A stretch of DNA of 62,237 nt, filler included. It is 8 parts of 8 records of this genome, joined end to end, with 100 filler letters (N's around TTAATTAATTAA, not from the genome) between each part and the next. Parts side by side here need not be neighbours in the genome. Positions count along the whole stretch, not along the records: positions 58,432 to 62,237 come from SRR20825010_6061; 7 more parts are not named here. The stretch is one strand, 5' to 3'. Shown one piece after another: positions 59,476-62,237 of this stretch. Under the pieces are notes generated by a model. The model was not told the DNA's origin. It made no database searches and saw only the letters and a program-made list of their open reading frames with translations. A program made the position numbers and the translations under genes. Position 1 is the first letter of the stretch, and every line of letters begins with the position of its first letter.

Positions 59476-60881
59476 GGCGTTTCCCTTTCGGTGTTTGCCG
59501 CAAGTCCGCTCGGCAGCCGCACTCGCGCCCGCAGCCCACCTTCGGGTCGATTCGAAAGCGTGACATCGCCGCCATGCGACTGGATGATTGTCCGGGCGAT
59601 CGACAGCCCCAACCCGTGCCCACCAGTTTTCAGAGAGCGCGACTCTTCCAGCCGCACGAACGGGTCAAAGACCTTGTCCAACTGGTCTTCGGGGATACCA
59701 GGCCCGTCGTCGTCGAGGGTCAGCACGACCTCTCCGCCTGTCTTTTGCCAGTTGATCCGCGCCGCTTGGCCGTAACGCAGGGCGTTCTCGATCAGGTTGC
59801 GTAGCGCGCGACGCATGGCATTGGGACGCAGGTGCAGTTCTGTGTCGTCGGGTCCCTGCAGGGCGACCTCAGCGGGCAAGGTCTGGCACAGCCCGCCCAG
59901 GTAGTCGCGTAGGTTGACGCGTTCGGGCGGCTCCGACCCGGTCAATCCACGCGCGAATGTCAGCGTCGCCTCGACCATGCCCTGCATTTCCTTGACCGAG
60001 GTGATGATGCTGTCGCGCGTTTCGTCGTCATCGACCATTTCGGCGCGCACCCGCATAGCCGTCAGGGGCGAGCGCAGGTCATGCCCCAGCGCCGCCAGCA
60101 TCCGTGTCCGGTCATTGACGAAGCGTGTCAGGCGTTCCTGCATCCGGTTGAAGGACACCGTCAGGTCGCGGACTTCCGTCGGGCCGGCGACTGGCAGTTC
60201 GGGCACGTCCTCGCCCCGCCCCAGCCGGTCCGCAGCCCGCGCCAGCCGCCGCAGCGGTCCGGTCAGCCGCGCCATGACGAACCAGACTACTACGATCAGC
60301 AGCACAGAGGCTGACAGGGCAAAGGCCAGCATGGATTCCAGCGGCCATTGGATCGGCGGGCGTTCGAACCGCGTCCCAACGTTCAGCCAGCGCCCCCCGG
60401 AAATGGCGATGGACAGGTTCATCTCGATGGCCGTGAGCTCGCCCCGCATCATCGCCATGTGCATCTCTGTCATCTCGCGCGACAGATTGGCGAGAGGCAT
60501 CAGTTGCCCCTCGATCTGGTGCAGCTCGACACGGATGTCGCGACTATAGCTGTCATCCAGCAGGGCGCGGATGCGGCTTTCGACCAGCCCGCCATGGAAA
60601 TGGTCGCTGTGCTGGACCAAGGCTTTCTCAGACAGGTCGAACCGCACGAGGGGCGAACTGGCCGCACGCAAGATCGAGGCGTGCAGATCGGGCGGCGCCT
60701 CTTCGATCAGACGCGCCACATTGGCGGCGCGGCCCGCCGCTTCAAAGCCAAGCGCTGCGCGGATCGCGAGGCTGCGCTCGTCTGCGAACAGCAGCAAGCT
60801 GATGATCTGCGCCACGGTCAGCGCCGCCACGATCAGCAGGACCAACTGCCAGCGCAGGGTCATCGCCGCTCGCAAGCTCAT
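59472..60881 (-). CDS. HAMP-containing sensor histidine kinase (EnvZ-like)
   Basis: Two TMs, HAMP, HDLRSPL H-box, NLIENA, DDGPGI, GHGLGL. Confidence 0.93.
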   Translation of the reverse strand: MSLRAAMTLRWQLVLLIVAALTVAQIISLLLFADERSLAIRAALGFEAAGRAANVARLIEEAPPDLHASILRAASSPLVRFDLSEKALVQHSDHFHGGLVESRIRALLDDSYSRDIRVELHQIEGQLMPLANLSREMTEMHMAMMRGELTAIEMNLSIAISGGRWLNVGTRFERPPIQWPLESMLAFALSASVLLIVVVWFVMARLTGPLRRLARAADRLGRGEDVPELPVAGPTEVRDLTVSFNRMQERLTRFVNDRTRMLAALGHDLRSPLTAMRVRAEMVDDDETRDSIITSVKEMQGMVEATLTFARGLTGSEPPERVNLRDYLGGLCQTLPAEVALQGPDDTELHLRPNAMRRALRNLIENALRYGQAARINWQKTGGEVVLTLDDDGPGIPEDQLDKVFDPFVRLEESRSLKTGGHGLGLSIARTIIQSHGGDVTLSNRPEGGLRARVRLPSGLAANTERETP

Positions 60882-61600
60882 GCCCCGGCCTCAACGTCGC
60901 AGGCAAGGCTGTAACCGCCATTGCGCACCGTCTTGATGATGCGGGGGCGCAGCACGTCGGGTTCGATCTTGCGGCGCAGGCGGCTGATCTGGTTGTCGAT
61001 GGTGCGATCCAGCGGTCCGGCCATACGGCCCGCCGTCAAGTCCAGCAACTGATCGCGGCTCAACACCATGCGCGGACGTTCCAGAAAGACCGACAGCAGC
61101 TTGAATTCGGCACTGGTCAGCGGCGTTTCCGCGCCTGCGTCTTCGCGCAGCACCTGCCTGTCGGTGTCCAGCAGCAAGTGGGCAAAGCGCACCGTCTGAC
61201 CCGCCAGTCGCCCGGCCATGGGGGCATCGCGAGAGGTCCGTCGCAGGACCGACTTGATCCGCGCAAGCAATTCGCGGGGGTTGAACGGCTTGGCCAGATA
61301 GTCGTCCGCCCCCAGTTCCAGCCCGACGATCCGGTCGGTTTCCTCGCCTAGTGCGGTCAGCAGGATGATCGGTAGGTTGCCCTGCGGCGACAGGCGGCGA
61401 CAGACGGACAGACCGTCCTCGCCCGGCATCATGACATCCAGCACCATCAGGTCGAACTGGCCGACCGCAAGGCACGCATCCATTTCGGCCGCATCCTTGG
61501 CCGCCGTGGCGCGAAGGCCGTTCTTTTGCAGGAACCGCGTGACGCTTTCGCGGATCTGGGCGTGATCGTCGACCACGAGGATATGCGATTGCTGTCTCAT
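60878..61600 (-). CDS. OmpR-family response regulator
   Basis: LVVDD, LDVMMPGEDG, KPF, wHTH DRTIDNQISRLRRK, TVRNGGY. Confidence 0.94.
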   Translation of the reverse strand: MRQQSHILVVDDHAQIRESVTRFLQKNGLRATAAKDAAEMDACLAVGQFDLMVLDVMMPGEDGLSVCRRLSPQGNLPIILLTALGEETDRIVGLELGADDYLAKPFNPRELLARIKSVLRRTSRDAPMAGRLAGQTVRFAHLLLDTDRQVLREDAGAETPLTSAEFKLLSVFLERPRMVLSRDQLLDLTAGRMAGPLDRTIDNQISRLRRKIEPDVLRPRIIKTVRNGGYSLACDVEAGA

Positions 61601-61643
61601 GCGCCCCCTTCTAACGGACCGGGCGCGAGAACTTTACCGGTCG

Positions 61644-61694
61644 ATTTGTAGCGGTTTGTATCACGCCCCGACTTTGCGACAGATCGTTACAAAT
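61644..61694. promoter_or_regulatory. Paired OmpR-type tandem boxes in the divergent promoter
   Basis: ATTTGTAgcggTTTGTA on plus and ATTTGTAacgaTCTGTC on minus; half-sites 10 bp apart, the two boxes inverted. Confidence 0.6.
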
Positions 61695-61769
61695 CCGGGG
61701 CTGCATGTCGCCCCCAAACGGCGTTTGACTAGGGTCGGAAACGCCATAACCAATTGCAAGGAGCACAAG

Positions 61770-62237
61770 ATGCCCCGACTGAAAAAAGCCGCCTCTGTTC
61801 TTGCCGTTCTGGCACTGACTGCAGCGCCCGCGCTCGCGGACGCAGACCACCACACCGGAAACGGCGCCGGCCCGACGGGCAAAGACAAGGCCAGCCCCCA
61901 AATGAATGGGGACATGCACAAGAACATGATGCAGATGATGATGCAGATGCACGCGGGCGGCGATTTGCCGATGAAGGGCATGGGGTCCTTTTCTATGGGC
62001 ATGATGGACCGCGACATGATGCAGATGATGCTCCCCATGATGGGTGCATCAGGCGGTGGCGTGGGGGACATGCGCGACATGATGCAGCAAGGGTTGAAGT
62101 CCCATGACGGCGACGGGGATGGCAGCCTGAGCCTAAAAGAATTCGCCGACTGGCACGCACAAATGATGCGCGAGACGATGGTTGACCGGTTCCAGCATCT
62201 TGATGCCGACGGCGACGGCAAGATCACCGGCCCCGAA
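61770..62237 (+). CDS. Exported Met-rich EF-hand protein, 3' partial (absent from the ORF track)
   Basis: Hand translation MPRLKKAASVLAVLALTAAPALA-DADHH...MMQMMMQMH...DGDGDGSLSLKE...DADGDGKITGPE; AAGGAG RBS. Confidence 0.88.
   Translation, partial: MPRLKKAASVLAVLALTAAPALADADHHTGNGAGPTGKDKASPQMNGDMHKNMMQMMMQMHAGGDLPMKGMGSFSMGMMDRDMMQMMLPMMGASGGGVGDMRDMMQQGLKSHDGDGDGSLSLKEFADWHAQMMRETMVDRFQHLDADGDGKITGPE

Noticed and set aside
61661..62227. Minus-strand 188-aa Ile/Cys-rich ORF
   Set aside because: Antisense shadow of the plus-strand Met-rich EF-hand gene, which has an RBS and signal peptide.

Overview
This window is not one locus. It is eight unrelated bacterial contigs joined by artificial 100-bp spacers (44 N + TTAATTAATTAA + 44 N), so gene adjacency across spacers has no biological meaning. 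Taxon labels below are my inference from composition and gene content. (1) 1-16947, Marinobacter-like: LysR regulator, Liv-type ABC transporter, fadE, AEC transporter, PatB/MalY aminotransferase, a tandem CBM5/12 protein, an EamA transporter, a PEP-CTERM protein with a sigma-54 promoter and enhancer box, an M14 peptidase, YqaE and a NUDIX-MBL fusion. (2) 17048-22519 and (3) 22620-38801, Bacteroidota (Algoriphagus-like): glutaminase end, YciI, response regulator, mlaEFD, an ABC permease, a CxxCH + FG-GAP protein, CDF, DUF1206, a YncE-like propeller, a RES-Xre toxin-antitoxin pair, aguBA, an esterase, a PIN toxin-antitoxin pair, priA and YyaL. (4) 38902-43562, betaproteobacterial: hflX, hfq, yihY, wrbA, DUF2069 and an FAD oxidoreductase. 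(5) 43663-48322, alphaproteobacterial: ndk, an unannotated 40-aa membrane ORF, a STAS-less SulP, GFA-SRPBCC-ArsR and an ABC-F. (6) 48423-54598, Parvibaculum-like: a diiron ferritin-like enzyme, YhdP/AsmA, a BCP peroxiredoxin with a histone-H1-like tail and DUF455. (7) 54699-58331, Rhizobiales-like: rfbC, a WbbM-like GT111-GT8 fusion and a PBP1A. (8) 58432-62237, Rhodobacteraceae-like: ccmF, a SHOCT protein, a two-component system and a Met-rich EF-hand protein. I saw no rRNA, tRNA, CRISPR array or transposase. The best candidates for uncharacterised biology are the Met/His-rich two-component + EF-hand + SHOCT + CcmF module, the Lys/Ala-tailed 1-Cys BCP, the WbbM-like polymerase and the small membrane ORF beside ndk.
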